Source of the DNA: the human T2T-CHM13v2.0 reference genome, Homo sapiens | Reading direction: 5' to 3' (one strand) | Assembly (NCBI RefSeq): GCF_009914755.1 | Contig: NC_060943.1 | Length of the DNA stretch: 64,000 nt | Part shown: positions 42,701 through 64,000 of the stretch, one piece after another | Position numbering within the stretch: position 1 is the stretch's first letter | Layout of the letters: each line of letters begins with the position of its first letter | Program-made: the position numbers and the translations under genes | Notes under the pieces: generated by a model | Database searches by the model: none | Told to the model about the DNA's origin: nothing | The model's input: only the letters and a program-made list of their open reading frames with translations

Positions 42701-43033
42701 AAAGAGAAAACCCAAATTTTACCTTTATATGGTGTATTTATTAATGTTAAAGCTAATTTTAATAAAACTTTATCAATAAATCTATCTAATTTTCATTGGT
42801 TTGACCATAGGGTAAGATTTTGATAAACTTTTTATAAGCTTTCATGATTTTCTATTAAAAAGAACAGATCAATGCTCCACAAAAACCCTTACTCCTGACA
42901 CATGGGCTCAGACCCTCACCTTGCATCAGTGTGCTTTTGATATTAACGTTTAATTTATAAGAAAAACTCTGAACTAATTTTATCCCTCAAAATTGGCCCT
43001 TATAATCTCACACACCCACCTCATCCGTGATAG

Positions 43034-43192
<159 letters not shown>

Positions 43193-43877
43193 TGAATAGC
43201 TGGGACTACAGGCACCCGCCACCACTCCTGGCTAATTTTTGTATTTTTAGTAGAGACGAGATTTAACCATGTTGGCCAGGATGGTCTCGATCTCTTGCCC
43301 TCGTGATCCACCCACCTCAGCCTCCCAAAGTGCTGGGATTACGGGTGTGAGCCACCGCACCTGGCTGAATAGTTTTAATTTCTAGCCCTGTGTCTCATGA
43401 AAACAGTTCATTTTGATTGTCATTTTTCCCTGGATCTGAAGACAAGACTTCCACTGGTTTTGATGTTCAAGACTTAGCAGGGGTCAGTGCCTTTTTCAGA
43501 CCCAGGAGTCAAAGTTGTGAAACTTAACAGCACAAGGATTAGTTAATAGGGTATTTATACTACCAAAAGGCCTGTCATTCTAACATGCCACACATTGAAA
43601 CGCTGTGATTTGGTGTCTAGGAGTTACTGCTTGCAGCACTTCAAACCACTGTATTAAAGTAATCAGGTTACTCATTGCATATGTCCAATTGCTAGCATTC
43701 TAGTGACAGAACTGTGACCAAAAGCATAAAAAATGTGGTAGGTGCTAAGTCAAACTTATCAAAGTAAGACAACTACCTTTTTCCCCATCATTAAAAAAAA
43801 AAATAGTAAATGCAGGCCACGCATGGTGGCTCATGCCTGTATTCCCAGCACTTTGGGAGGCTGAGGCAGGCAGATCA

Positions 43878-44090
<213 letters not shown>

Positions 44091-44649
44091 TCAAACAAAC
44101 AAACAAACAAACAAAACAAACAAAAAATACCCCAAAACAAACCCACATGATGAATATTTTGTTTCTGACACACAATTTAATGTCTTTAAGTCCACCAATA
44201 CCACTGTATGTTTTGTGCAATTAAGAAATTCACTTTAGGCTCATGATCAGTAAGTACTTTAGTGCTAGTGCTATCTATGCAGAAGAACAAATACAGTGAG
44301 AAGCAAAGCAAGTCTTTACAGAAAATTTGGCTTCACAGAAAATCTGGATTCATACTTAACTATATGAAAAACGGATTGCCAAATTGCCAATGTATTTCTT
44401 TACAATATTTCTTAATTTTCCTTCATCAAGACTAAGAGCTTTAACTATGAACAACATTAATTAGCCAAACTTCTCCAATTTTCTATCAGGTTTTAAAGGA
44501 TATTCTACATCTAAATATTTTAAACTTTGTTTTCTCTGTGTATGCATAAAGGCAGACATACAGAGAGAGAGGAAAAAAACTACATATGACATACACAGAC
44601 CATCTATGACATGCTTGAACCTTCAGTTTGTTCTAAATTTATTTTCTTA

Positions 44650-44885
44650 TTCCCTCCCTTCCTTCCTTCCTTCCCCCTTCCTTTCTTCCTTCCTTCCTTC
44701 TTTCCCCTGCCTCCCTCCTTCCTTTCTTTCTTTCTCTTTCTTTTCTTTTTTCTCTTTCTTTCTCTCTTTTCTTTCTTCCTTTCCTCTTTCTTTTTTCTTT
44801 CTCTCTCTGTCTCCCCCTCCCTTGCATCCCCTCCCATTGTCTTCTTTCCTTCTTTCCTTCCTTCCTTCCTTTCTTCCTTCCTTCC
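44650..44885 (+). repeat. (CCTT)n/(CTTT)n low-complexity tract
   Basis: Direct reading. Confidence 0.95.
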
Positions 44886-44902
44886 CAGTCATTTTACTTT
44901 AA

Positions 44903-45155
<253 letters not shown>

Positions 45156-46065
45156 TAGCCAGGATGGTCTTGATCTCCTGACCTCGTGATCCGCCCATCT
45201 TGGCCTCCCAAAGTGCTGGGATTACAGGCGTGAGCCACCGCACCCGACAAAATTATTCTTTCTTTATAACCTTCCTTACCAAAAATACATCTTCATATCC
45301 ATAATTTTCTTCACATCTCACTCCTTTACTTATTGGTTCCTTTCTTTTCAAGTCCATAATTTGAATTAACCTTTAGATAACTTCTGAATTTGATAATAAT
45401 TTTTTTCTCAATAAGAACATCTCTTCTTTGGCATATTTTATATGCAGAATTATATATTAACTAGAATTCTTATCCTTAGTAACCTCAAATTTTAGTGAAA
45501 ACCTAGGAAGAAAGAAATCCTGAGCTACCTATCAGATATTAGCATTTTATAATGAGAACTCTTCCATAATTTTTAGAAACATATTTCCCCATATCATAAC
45601 CCTTCCTTAATTAGAAATGACCCAGACATCTAATAAGCATAATTTTAAATATTATTCTTAAACATAATTTTAAGATTTTAAGTTACACAATAAGTTCACC
45701 TGCAGCACTTAACCCATTTACACTTTATTTTTAGCAGTTTATATAGATTATTTACACATTATTTTCTTGTTAACCCTTTTATAACTTGTGAATATCAGAT
45801 GTTCACCTAAATAAGAACCTTAAAGTTAACTGCATGGGCATTTTCACCAATAACTCAGTAGACTCAGGTGTTTTCATTAAACCAATAACATTAAATAGTC
45901 TTACTTATATAAAAAAAAACACAAAAAGATCATTTTGTTTTGGCTGGGTTTATGGTTTGATAACCTTCTATGCCAAACCCTGATACCTCAAAATATCTAG
46001 AAGAGACAAATATGAAACCCAGAGAAAAATGTATGCTGACAATTCTGAAGACATTTCTATTCCTA

Positions 46066-46417
<352 letters not shown>

Positions 46418-46710
46418 TTACTTAAGTCATATAAACTTGAAAAATACTTTGGACTTAATTAATGAGCACTCTTTTATTTATAAGCCAAATTGGTAGGCAT
46501 AACATATAACAATAAATATACATACATATACACACATCTAAATATGTACTCACACACAGAAACAAAGATCCAATAGCTTTTACTTTGGAATTCTAGTTGG
46601 GAGGCTGAGGCAGGCAGATCACCTGAGGTCAAGAGTTTGAGACCAGCCTGGCCAACACGGTGAAACTCCATCTCTACTAAAAATACAAAAATTAGCCAGG
46701 TGTGGTGTCA

Positions 46711-46893
<183 letters not shown>

Positions 46894-46959
46894 CTATCTA
46901 TGAACGTGTTCACATGGCTGCATTTTGTCTGCTCTGATAGGTAATCCCATGAAGACTGT

Positions 46960-47327
46960 TGTATTCGTCTGTCCTCACACGGCTATAAAGATATTGCCTG
47001 AGACTGTGTAATTTACAAAGAAAGGGGGTTTAATTGACTCACAGTTCCACATGGCTGGGAGGCCTCAGGAAACTTACAATCATGGTGGAAGGCGAATGGG
47101 AAGCCAGGCATGTCTTACATGGCAGCAGGAGAAGAAACAGAGACAGAGAGAGAGACAGAGAGACAGGGGGAACTGCCACTTTTAAAACCATCAGATCCTG
47201 TCATGAGAACAGCATGGGGGCAACTGCCCCCATGATCCAATCACCTCCCTCTAGGTCCCTCCCTTGACATGGGGGGATTACAATTCGAGATGAGATTATG
47301 GTGGGGACACAGAGCCAAAACATATCA
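46960..47327 (-). mobile_element. THE1-type MaLR solo LTR (368 bp)
   Basis: tgtatt...aattgactcacagttccacatggctgggaggcctcaggaaacttacaatcatgg...catatca; 5-bp TSD actgt/gctgt. Confidence 0.9.
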
Positions 47328-47373
47328 GCTGTGAGCCAAAATTTCGGGTAAAGTAGTTTCCACGGCAGTTTGA

Positions 47374-47550
<177 letters not shown>

Positions 47551-48607
47551 TAGTAGAGATGGGGTTTCACCATGTTAGCCAGGATGGTCTCGATCTCCTG
47601 ACCTCGTGATCCGCCCACCTCAGCCTCCCAAAGTGCTGGGATTGCAGGCGTGAGCCACTGCGCCCGGCCCGGCAGTTTGATTTTTAGAAGTCAAACCTTT
47701 AAACATTGGGGTCAAACAGAAGAACATCACGTATTAACCAGGCTGAACCCTGCTTAGAACAGCAGCCCAGGCTGGGCGCAGTGGCTCACGCCTGTAATCC
47801 CAGCACTCTGGGAGGCCGAGGCGGGCCGAACACGAAGTCAGGAGATTGAGACTATCCTGGCTAACATGGTGAAACCCCATCTCTACTAAAAAAATACAAA
47901 ATAATTAGCCAGGTGTGTTGGCGAACGCCTGTAATCCCAGCTACTCAGGAGGCTAAGGCAGGAGAATGGCATGAACCTGGGAGGTGGAGCTTGAGGTGAG
48001 CCGAGATCGCACCACTGCACTCCAGCCTGGGCGACAGAGCAAGACTCCGTCTCAAAAACAAACAAACAAACAAACAAACAAACAAAACAAAACAAAACAA
48101 AACATAACAAAAAAGAACAGCAGCCTAAAAGCCTGGGTACATGGAACTCCATCCCACATGATCCGCCTGCCTTGGTCTCCCAAAGTGCTGGGATTACAGG
48201 TGTGAGCCCCCACACCCAGCCTTGGTGATGATTTTTTGGATTTGACACCAAAAGCACAGAGAACAAAAGCAAAAATAAGTGGAATTGCAACAGACTAAAG
48301 AGCTTCTGCCAAGCAAAGGAAGCAATCAAGGAAATTAAAAGGCAACGTATGGATGGAGAGAAAATATTTGTAAGCCATATATCTGATAAGGGGTTGAGAT
48401 CTCTAAAATATATAAAGAGCTCATATAACTCAACAGCAACATAACAAATAGCTCAATTTAAAAATGGGCGAATGATCTTAATAGGCATTCCTCAAAAGAA
48501 GACACACGAATGGCTAACAGGTGTGTGAAAACATGCCCAACGTCATTAATCATCAGGGAAATGCAAATTAAAACCACAGCGAGATATGACTGTGGTGATA
48601 ATTTTAG

Positions 48608-49235
<628 letters not shown>

Positions 49236-49584
49236 TTTTTGTGGAGACAGGATCTTGCTCTGTTGCCCAGGTGGAGATATTTTTTTTTTCTGTGGAGACA
49301 GGGTCTTGCTCTGTTGCCCAGGCTAGAGTGGAGTGGCACCATCATAGCTCACTGCAGCCTCGAACTCCCAGGCTCAAGCCATCCTCCCTCCTCAGCCTCC
49401 TGAGCAGCTAGGACTACAAGCCCATGCCACCATGCCAGGCTATTTTTTTTTGTAATTTTTCATAGAGATGAGGTTTTGCCATGTTGCCCAGGCTGGTCTT
49501 GAACTCCTGGCCTCAAGTGATCTGCCTGCCTCGGCCTCCCAAAGTATTGGAATTACAGGCGTGAGCCATCGCATCCAGCCATGA

Positions 49585-49812
49585 TTTTCTTAATAAGAGT
49601 TTCTTTCCTCTAGCTTACTTTATTGTAAGAATACAGTGTATAATACATGTAACATACAAAGTATGTGATAATCCACAGCTTATGTTATCAGCAAGTCTTC
49701 TGGTTAACAGTCTGCTGAGTTAGGCTTTGGGGGAGTCAAAAGTTATATGTGGCCGTTTGACTGCTCAGGGGTTGGTGCACCTAAGACCCCACATTGTTCA
49801 AACGTCAACTGT
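49585..49812 (+). mobile_element. Tigger2a/MER28-like DNA transposon 3' end
   Basis: tctagcttactttattgtaagaatacag...gggggagtcaaaagttata...ttgttcaaacgtcaactg. Confidence 0.8.
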
Positions 49813-50386
49813 CTATGGAAGAAAACGTTTACGAAACATCTCACTTTGACTGTTGTATGAAGAATGGCCTGTAGGGGGAGCCAGTGGATACAGGGAGACC
49901 GAGTAGGAGGCTTTTTGCAGACAAGAGACTTAAAGTGTTAGACTCTGATAGATTAAATATGTAAATTAAAATTTCTAAAAGTATAGGAATAAAATGTATA
50001 ATTTCTGAACTCAGAAGAAAAACGGGAATAAGACAAAAATCCGAAACAAGGCAAGGAAGGAGAGAAACAGAAATACGGAAGAGGCAAATAATTCCTCCAA
50101 AAAATTCAAAATGTATGAAGAATTGCAATTAATGCAGATGGTCCAAATCTGTGCTACTCAATACCATGCTATTCCATGTCAATAGCCATATGTTACTATA
50201 TGGCACTTGGAATGTGGATCTGAACTGAAATGTCCTGTTGTGGCCAGGCGCGGCGGCTCACGCCTGTCATCCCAGCATTTTGAGGGGCCGAGGCAGGTGG
50301 ACTACTTGAGGTCTGGAGTTTGAGACCAGCCTGGCCAACATAGTGAAACGCGGTCTCTACTAAAAATACAAAAATTAGCCAGGGTA

Positions 50387-52720
<2,334 letters not shown>

Positions 52721-52864
52721 TGATAAATCACATCGCTATCAAAGGAATTGATATCATATACTCTCTCTAAGTTACTCATGGAGGATCAGAGGAGGAATAA
52801 AAATGTAATTAGGACAGTATCTAGTTTCTTAATTTATTTTTATTTTTAATTTTTATTTTTTTGA

Positions 52865-52966
<102 letters not shown>

Positions 52967-53222
52967 TGAGTAGCTGGGATTACAGGCACGCACCACCATG
53001 CCTGAATAGTTTTTGTATTTTTAGTAGAGACAGGGATTCTCCATTTTGGCCAGGCTGGTCTCGAACTCCTGACCTCAGGTGACTCCCCTGCCTTGGCCTC
53101 TCAAAGTGCTGGGATTACAGGCGTGAGCCACCGCATCCAGCTTGGAATCTTAATTTAAATGAAGCAGAGCCTTTCAGACTCTTTAAATAGGCAAAAAATG
53201 TGCCTGTGTTTATCATCGAATT

Positions 53223-53682
<460 letters not shown>

Positions 53683-53890
53683 TGATCTGCCTGCCTCAGC
53701 CTTCCAAAGTGCTGGGATTACAGGCTTGAGCCACAGCGCCCTGCTGCCTTTTCTTAGAAACAGAGATTTTAGTTTCAATGGTGTTTCCAGGGCAACAAAT
53801 AAAGAAAATCAAGCAGAATTATAGAGATTTCAGAGACTGACAGTTACTTTACCAGAACACACCATCTGACTGTGAAGTTCAGGTGTATAG

Positions 53891-54349
<459 letters not shown>

Positions 54350-54644
54350 TAGCCAGGATGGTCTCGATCTCCTGACCTCGTGATCCGCCCATCTCGGCCT
54401 CCCAAAGTGGTGGGATTACAGGTGTGAGCCACCGTGCCCGGCCTTACTTTTTAAAATTTAAATTTATTGGCCGGGCGCAATGGCTCATGCCTGTAATCTC
54501 AGCACTTTGGGAGGCCGAGATGGGGTGATCACAGGGTCAGGAGTTCAAGACCAGCCTGGCCAACATAGTGAAACCCCGTTTCTACTAAAAAATACAAAAA
54601 ATAAGCCAGGCGTGGTGGTGGGCATCTGTAATCCCAGCTACTCA

Positions 54645-54749
<105 letters not shown>

Positions 54750-55518
54750 TCAAAAAAAAAAAATTAAATTAATTAATTAATTTATTTTTTGAGACAGAGT
54801 CTCAGTATGTCACCCAGGCTGGAGTGCAGTGGTGCAATCTTGGTTCACTGCAACCTCTGCCTCCCGGATTCAAGCAATTTTCTGCCTCAGTCTATGGAGT
54901 AGCTGGGATTACAGACGCCCTCCACCACCCGACTAATTTTTGTATTTTTAGTAGAGATAGGGTTTCACCATGTTGGCCAGGTTGGTCTCGAACTCCTGAC
55001 TCCAAGTGATCCACCTCCCTCGGCCTCCCAAATTGCTGGGATTACAGGTGTGAGCCACCGTACCTGGCTTTAAAAATAATTTTAAATTAAATTTTATTTA
55101 TTTTTTGAGACAAGGTCTTTCTTTGTTGCCCAGGCTGGAGTGCAGTGGTGCGATCACAGCTCACTTCAGTCTCAACTTCCCCAGGCTCAGGTGATCCTCC
55201 CACCTCAGCCTCCCGAGTAGCCGGTACCACAGGCAGGTGCCACCATGCCTGGCTAATTTTTTAGTTTTATTTTTTGTAGAGACAAGGTCTCGTTATGTTG
55301 CCCAGGCTGCTCTTGAACTCCTGAGCTCAAGCAATTCACCCGCCTCTGCCTCCCAAAGTGCTGGGATTACAGGCAGGTGCCACCATGCCTAGCTAGTGGC
55401 CATTATTTATTGAGCATCTAGTTTGTGCCAAGAACTGCTAAACTAAGCACATGTGGGTCGGGTGTGGTCGCTCATGCCTGTAATCCCAGCACTTTGGGAG
55501 GCCGAGGCGGACGGATCA

Positions 55519-55835
<317 letters not shown>

Positions 55836-56380
55836 TTATGACATAGTGGGGATGCTTTTATCACTTTTTACAGGTGAGGAAACTGAGGCACAGCAAGGTT
55901 AAGTCAGCCACTTAAGGTCACCCAACCAGTAACTGACAGAGTGGAGATCTGGATCAGAAGGAAGAATGGAAAAAAAAATCTTAAATTATTTTAAAATCAC
56001 TATCCTTCCATGCAGGATCTCTTTGAATCTTCCCAGTGACTTAGTGAGGAATGAGCTATTTTTTTTCTGTATTGTACAGCTGGGGAAACTGAGGCTTAGT
56101 GAGGTGAAGGGACTTGACCAGAGTGATACAGGAGCCCCTAAACTGTGGCAATTCAGTTCTCAGGGCCAAGTTTTGGTAAGAGTGTCCTGAAGTGGGGTGA
56201 GGGCAGCGTAAAGAGGAACATGGAGAAGAAAGCGTGGGAGGGCCGGGCGCGGTGGCTCTCGCCTGTAATCCCAGCACTTTGGGAGGCCGAGGCAGGCGGA
56301 TCACTTGAGGAAAGGAGTTCGAGACCAGCCTGCCCAACATGACAAAACCCCATCTCTGCCAAAAATACAAAAATTAGCTA

Positions 56381-56515
<135 letters not shown>

Positions 56516-56671
56516 CTAAAAAAAAAAAAAAAAAAAAAAAAAAAGCAAACAGCTGGGCACAGTGGCTCAAGCCTGTAATCCCAGTACTTTGGGAGGCCAA
56601 GGCAGGAGGGTCTCCTGAGGTCGGGAGTTCGAGACCAGCCTGACCAACACTGAGAAACCCTGTCTCTACTA

Positions 56672-56830
<159 letters not shown>

Positions 56831-57430
56831 TTAAAAAAAATAATAAATAAACAAACAACAACAACAACAAAGAAAAGATGGGAGATGAAGGGAAGCAGGT
56901 GCAAAGGGCTGGATTTGAAATCCTGAGATGATAAAGGTCAACACCCAAAGGCTCAAAACCCTTCTCCAAACCCTCATCTGAGCTCACCCAGCACCTGTGA
57001 CGGGGGCCCACCTGCATAGAAAGACACTCAATTGGATGTTCATCACTGCATTGCGTATAACACTGTGAAGCAGGCTACGTGTCCATCAGTAGGAGAGCAG
57101 ATAATAAAATGGGGTCTATGCATAGGCTGATACCAGCCCATATATCCACCCAGAAGATATAGGTGAGTGGGTTAGGGCAAGGGCTCTGAAACCAGAAGGA
57201 TCTACCACTTCCTAGCTGAAGAACCTTGCACTGGTGACCTCACTCCCTCGTGCCTCCGTTAGCTCATCTGTAGTTAGGGGACAATCATAGTATCAACATC
57301 GCAGGGGTTAAGATGATCTGGGTTAAGCACTGAGCATGTGGAAATGACTCAGTAGATGAGGTGTCAGCAAACTTTTCCTGTGGATAAGACCAATGGAGAC
57401 CTCTAAAATCACTTTCCTTGTCACCTCTCA

Positions 57431-57823
<393 letters not shown>

Positions 57824-58183
57824 TTAATGTCGCCCTTAAGGGCCTAAAGACATGGTGAGCAAGGTCTCAGATCCCTCAGGGATGAGGATCTAGGTGACCC
57901 CACCAGGTGAGCCACCTACACCAACAGAAGGGCCACCTGAAGATGAAGGGACTCTAGAAGGGACAGTGGGAGAGGGAGAGGGTGAACACTCACGGGGGCT
58001 GCTAGACTCCACTCCTGCAGTGTAAACTGTGGCTCATCCCACCAACCTTCATTTTCTGGCTGGCATAGAGACCAAGAATCCTAAGTAGCTGTCCTCAAAT
58101 GCAGTGAGTCTCCTTATAAAACAAATGAATCTGGGCCGGGCGCCATGGCTCACTCCTGTAATCCCAGCACTTTGGGAGGCTCA

Positions 58184-58513
<330 letters not shown>

Positions 58514-58831
58514 CTATTGCTATTGTAACAAATTACCACACACTTAATGGCTTAAAACAACACAGATTGGTTGGGTACAGTGGCTCACATTTGCAGTCCC
58601 AGCACTTTGGGAGGCCGAGGTGGGAGTGTAGTGAGAAGCCAGGAGTTTGAGACCATCCTGGGCAGCATAGTGATACCCCATGTCTACAAAAAAAAAAAAA
58701 AATTAGCCAGGCATGGTGGTGCATGCCTGTAGCCCCAGCATTTTGAGAAGCCAAGGTGGGAGGATCGCTTGAGCCAGGAGTTCAAGACCGGCCAGGGCAA
58801 CATAGCGTGACTCTGACTCTACAAAAAATTA

Positions 58832-59008
<177 letters not shown>

Positions 59009-59598
59009 TTAAAGTTCTGGAGCCCAGACTCCAAAATCAGTTTCACCAGGCTTCTCCCTGTGATTTTTCAATCCAGGGTTAAATGCACTCCAGGCTGCTG
59101 GAGTGCAGTCATATGATCGTAGCTCACTGCAGCCTTGAACCCCTGGGCTCAAGCAATCCTTCTGCCTCAGACTCTCAAAGTGCTGGGATTACAGGCATGA
59201 GCCACCACGCCCTGCCCTCCCTGTGTCTTTATAAGATGGTCCCTTTTTCTGTATCCCTGTCCTAATCTCCTTTTCTTATACAGACCCTAATCTTATTGAA
59301 TTGGAGCTCATCTTAAGGGCCTCATTTTAAGTTAATTACCTTTTCGAAGATTCAATCTTCAAATACAGTCAAATTCTGAGGTGGTGGGGGCGAGGACTTC
59401 AGTGTGTAAATTTCGGGGGAACATAGTGAGGCCCGTACCATGGAGGAAAGTTCCTACACCCTGCTTTTTAGGTAGAGATCTAGAAACATGGAAAGTTCCC
59501 CAGAGGAGTTTTAGAGGAACCTAAAGATAGAGAAGGCTTGGACTCTGCTCACCACAACAGAGACCAGAGAAGCGGCAGGTCTCCAAAAAAGGAAGTGA

Positions 59599-59951
<353 letters not shown>

Positions 59952-60302
59952 TGATCTTGTGATCCACCCACCTCGGCCTCTCAAAGTGATGGGATTACAG
60001 GCGTGAGCCACCACGCTCAGCCAAGGCGCTGCCTTTCTAAGGAACAAGGACAAGAAAGAAGGTCTCATAGGCCAGGAGCAGACGGATGGTGGGGACCTTA
60101 TGGACATGCATTTTGAGAATTAGTCTTTTCTTCACCCTTAATGCCTCCGCAATTCCAAAGCTCCCTGGAACTTTGACAGTCTTGGGAAAGCAGGATGTAG
60201 GGAGAGATGGTTTCCGAGGGACTGTTGGCAGGTTCTCAGCATTCTGGTACAAAGGGGTCTTGAAATATAAATAACGTTACGTTAATGAAAAAATAAAGTT
60301 AA

Positions 60303-60605
<303 letters not shown>

Positions 60606-60770
60606 TGAGCCTCCATGCCCCGCCTGGATTGAGATTTATATAAACTGCTTTTGTGCCTTAGTTTGAGTTCCCATAAAAGCAGACCCTGGGAAAAAGATGT
60701 GGGGGCAAGAGGTTTATTAGCTAGCTATTGCTGTGTAAGAAATGAAATTATCAAGAACCTGGCAGCTTAA

Positions 60771-61001
<231 letters not shown>

Positions 61002-61266
61002 TAGTCAGGATGGTCTCGATCTCCTGACCTTGTGATCCGCCCGCCTCGGCCTCCCAAAATGCTGGGATTACAGGCATGAGCCACTGCGCCTGGCCCACAT
61101 CTTTATCATTATCTCAGTGTCCTCAGTCAGAAGTCCAGGTACAGATTCACGTCTGTAATCCCAGCACTTTGGGAGGCTGAGGCAGGCGAGTCACCTGAGG
61201 TCGGGAGTTTGAGACCAGCCTGGCCAACATGGTGAAACCCTGCCTCTACTAAAAATACAAAAATTA

Positions 61267-61482
<216 letters not shown>

Positions 61483-61785
61483 TCATATGTCGACTGCACT
61501 ACATTCTTTCCCGGAGTTTGCAGTCCTTTTCCAAGCTCAGCTGGTTGTTGGCAGAATTCGGTTCCTTGTGGTGGTAAGATTGAGGCCCTCGGCTTTTAGA
61601 GGCTTCTTGCCGTTCTGTGCCATATGACCCTTTCCATAGGCAGTTCACAGCTGGCAATGTGCTTCTTCAAGGCCATCAGGGAACCTCTCATTCCAGTCTG
61701 ATAGTCCTATATAATGTAACCTAATCAAGGGAGTGATAGCCCATCACCTTTGCCATCTTTTAAATTTTTATTTTTATTTTTTTAA

Positions 61786-61941
<156 letters not shown>

Positions 61942-62018
61942 TAAAATTTTTTGTAGGCCGGGTGCAGTGGCTCACACCTATTATCCTAGCACTTTGGGAG
62001 GCCGAGGCAGACGGATCA

Positions 62019-62342
<324 letters not shown>

Positions 62343-63544
62343 TCAAGCGATCCTCCTGCTTCAGCTTCCTGAGTAGCTGGGACTACAGGCGTGTGCCACC
62401 ACACCTGGCTAAGTTTTTAAATTTTTTGCAGAGCCAGGGTCTTGCCATGTTGCCCAGGCTGGTCTTGAACTCCTGAACTCAAGTGATCCTCCTGCCTCAG
62501 CTTCCTGAGTAGCTGGGATTACAGGCATGCGCCACCATGCCTAGCTAACTTAAAAAAAAATTTTTGTAGAGATGCGATCTCACTATGTTGCTCAGGCTGG
62601 TTTCCAATTCCTGGGCTCAAGCAGTCCTCCCGCGTTGGCCTCCCAAAGTGCTAGGATTACCGGTGCAAGCCACCACACACCTGGCCATCTTTGTCATCTT
62701 CTATTGGTTAGAAGCAAGTCAGGTTCTGCTGGAACTCAAGGAGAGGGGATTATACAAAGGCTTGGATGCCAGGAGGTAGGAATTTTTGGGAAATCACCCC
62801 AGGGTCTGTACACCACAAAGGCATCCCCAGGAAATGTGAGAAGAGGTATGGGTAGGAACTAATACAGGGTGTATTAGTGCACAGGTGTCTGCTATGGGCT
62901 ATCCCATTGGGGACTTTGGGGTGACTGTGTAGACTATGCCTTGGAGTTGTCCCACCCTGGGGACAGGGAAGCCGGGTATTTATCCACTAAATCCCATCCA
63001 TCATTGGTTAAATGCTGCTCCTTGTGGTGTTAATGATGGAAACTCTCTATTGCCTATAACTGACACCACAATTCTTTACACTGGCATTTACAATTTCCCC
63101 TTGCCCTGCCTCATTTTCCTCTGTGACCCCTGCCATGGTCACCCTCCACTGCAGCCTTAGACTAGCGATGGCCCTGAATTTCCTCCCTGTTCACTGAGAT
63201 CTTCCTGATCCTCATCCAGCCTTCCATGGCCTCAGACCACTGAGCTCTCTCCCGTTGCAGAAATCCTGCAGAACATTTTTCCTGGACCCCTTACTGGGTG
63301 TAGGGGACCCCAGAATAACTCATGTCCAGGCTCCTTTTTTTGAGGATCCTCTGGGATGGGTGGAGGAGTCACAGCTGGACAAGATGCTTTTAGTTCTATG
63401 TGGTCAGGGCTGGAAGAATGGAGCCCCAGGGATGGAGCCCAGGAATGGAGGAGATGGGATGTGGGTGAGATTCAGAAAAAGCTTTATGGAGGAAGGCTGA
63501 GCTTATCTTTTTGTCTCCTTACCCCAAAACCTCCCTCCCAACTT

Positions 63545-63800
63545 TGATGCTGGAGCCTGCTGTTCCTTCTCTGATCAGAATCCTCTCTCTTCATGTCTCA
63601 CCCCTGTCCTAACAGGGGTGCTATGAATCCACTCTTCTGGCCCCCACCATTAGATCACTGATGTGATCTAACCACATCAGTCTCCTGCTGAAAGACCTCC
63701 AATGTTTGAGATATATATATATATATATGAAACTTAATGGTTCCATTTCTCTGGAGAATCCTGACTAATACAGATTTTGGTACCAAGAGTTGTTCTAAAC
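63545..63800 (+). mobile_element. MLT2-type LTR end plus start of ERVL internal region (degenerate Leu PBS)
   Basis: tttctctggagaatcctgactaataca|gattttggtacc, with an upstream (TA)n tract. Confidence 0.7.
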
Positions 63801-64000
63801 TGGGTGTGATGGCTCATGCTGGAAATCTCAGCATTCTGGGAGGCTGAGGCAGGAGGATCGCTTGAGGCCAGGAGTTCAAACCAGCCTAGGCAACACAGTG
63901 AGACCTCATCTCCAAAAAAATTTTTTTAATTAGCCAGGTGTGGCTGGGTGCGGTGGCTCATGTCTGTAATCACAGCACTTTGGGAGGCCGAGGTGGGCGG

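Overview
Human (primate) genomic DNA, recognisably the CD70 (TNFSF7) locus, which I place at 19p13.3 from memory. The only intact protein-coding gene is CD70 on the minus strand. It has three coding exons (8659-8498, 7793-7760, 4059-3674; 193 aa) plus an in-frame alternative terminal exon (1143-965) reached from a donor inside exon 3. Upstream lie a CpG-island promoter with NF-kB sites, a full-length RPL7 processed pseudogene, and about 50 kb of intergenic DNA made almost entirely of transposable elements: roughly 100 Alus, a HERV-E/Harlequin-type provirus with LTR2 LTRs, several solo LTRs, an old near-full-length L1 split by a MER4-group ERV, and DNA transposon remnants. Nearly all ORFs in the supplied track are Alu, L1 or simple-repeat artefacts. 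I found no new multi-gene system. The most unusual signals are: (i) a 105-bp inverted copy of the provirus/host junction buried inside the same provirus; (ii) an LTR2 provirus with a TACGTG HIF motif in both LTRs about 6 kb upstream of CD70; (iii) APOBEC3-like G-to-A hypermutation of its env; (iv) both CD70 3' ends appearing to be built from TEs; (v) an orphan retroposed mRNA 3' end. Repeat family names come from remembered consensus sequences, and repeat boundaries are approximate unless a TSD is quoted.
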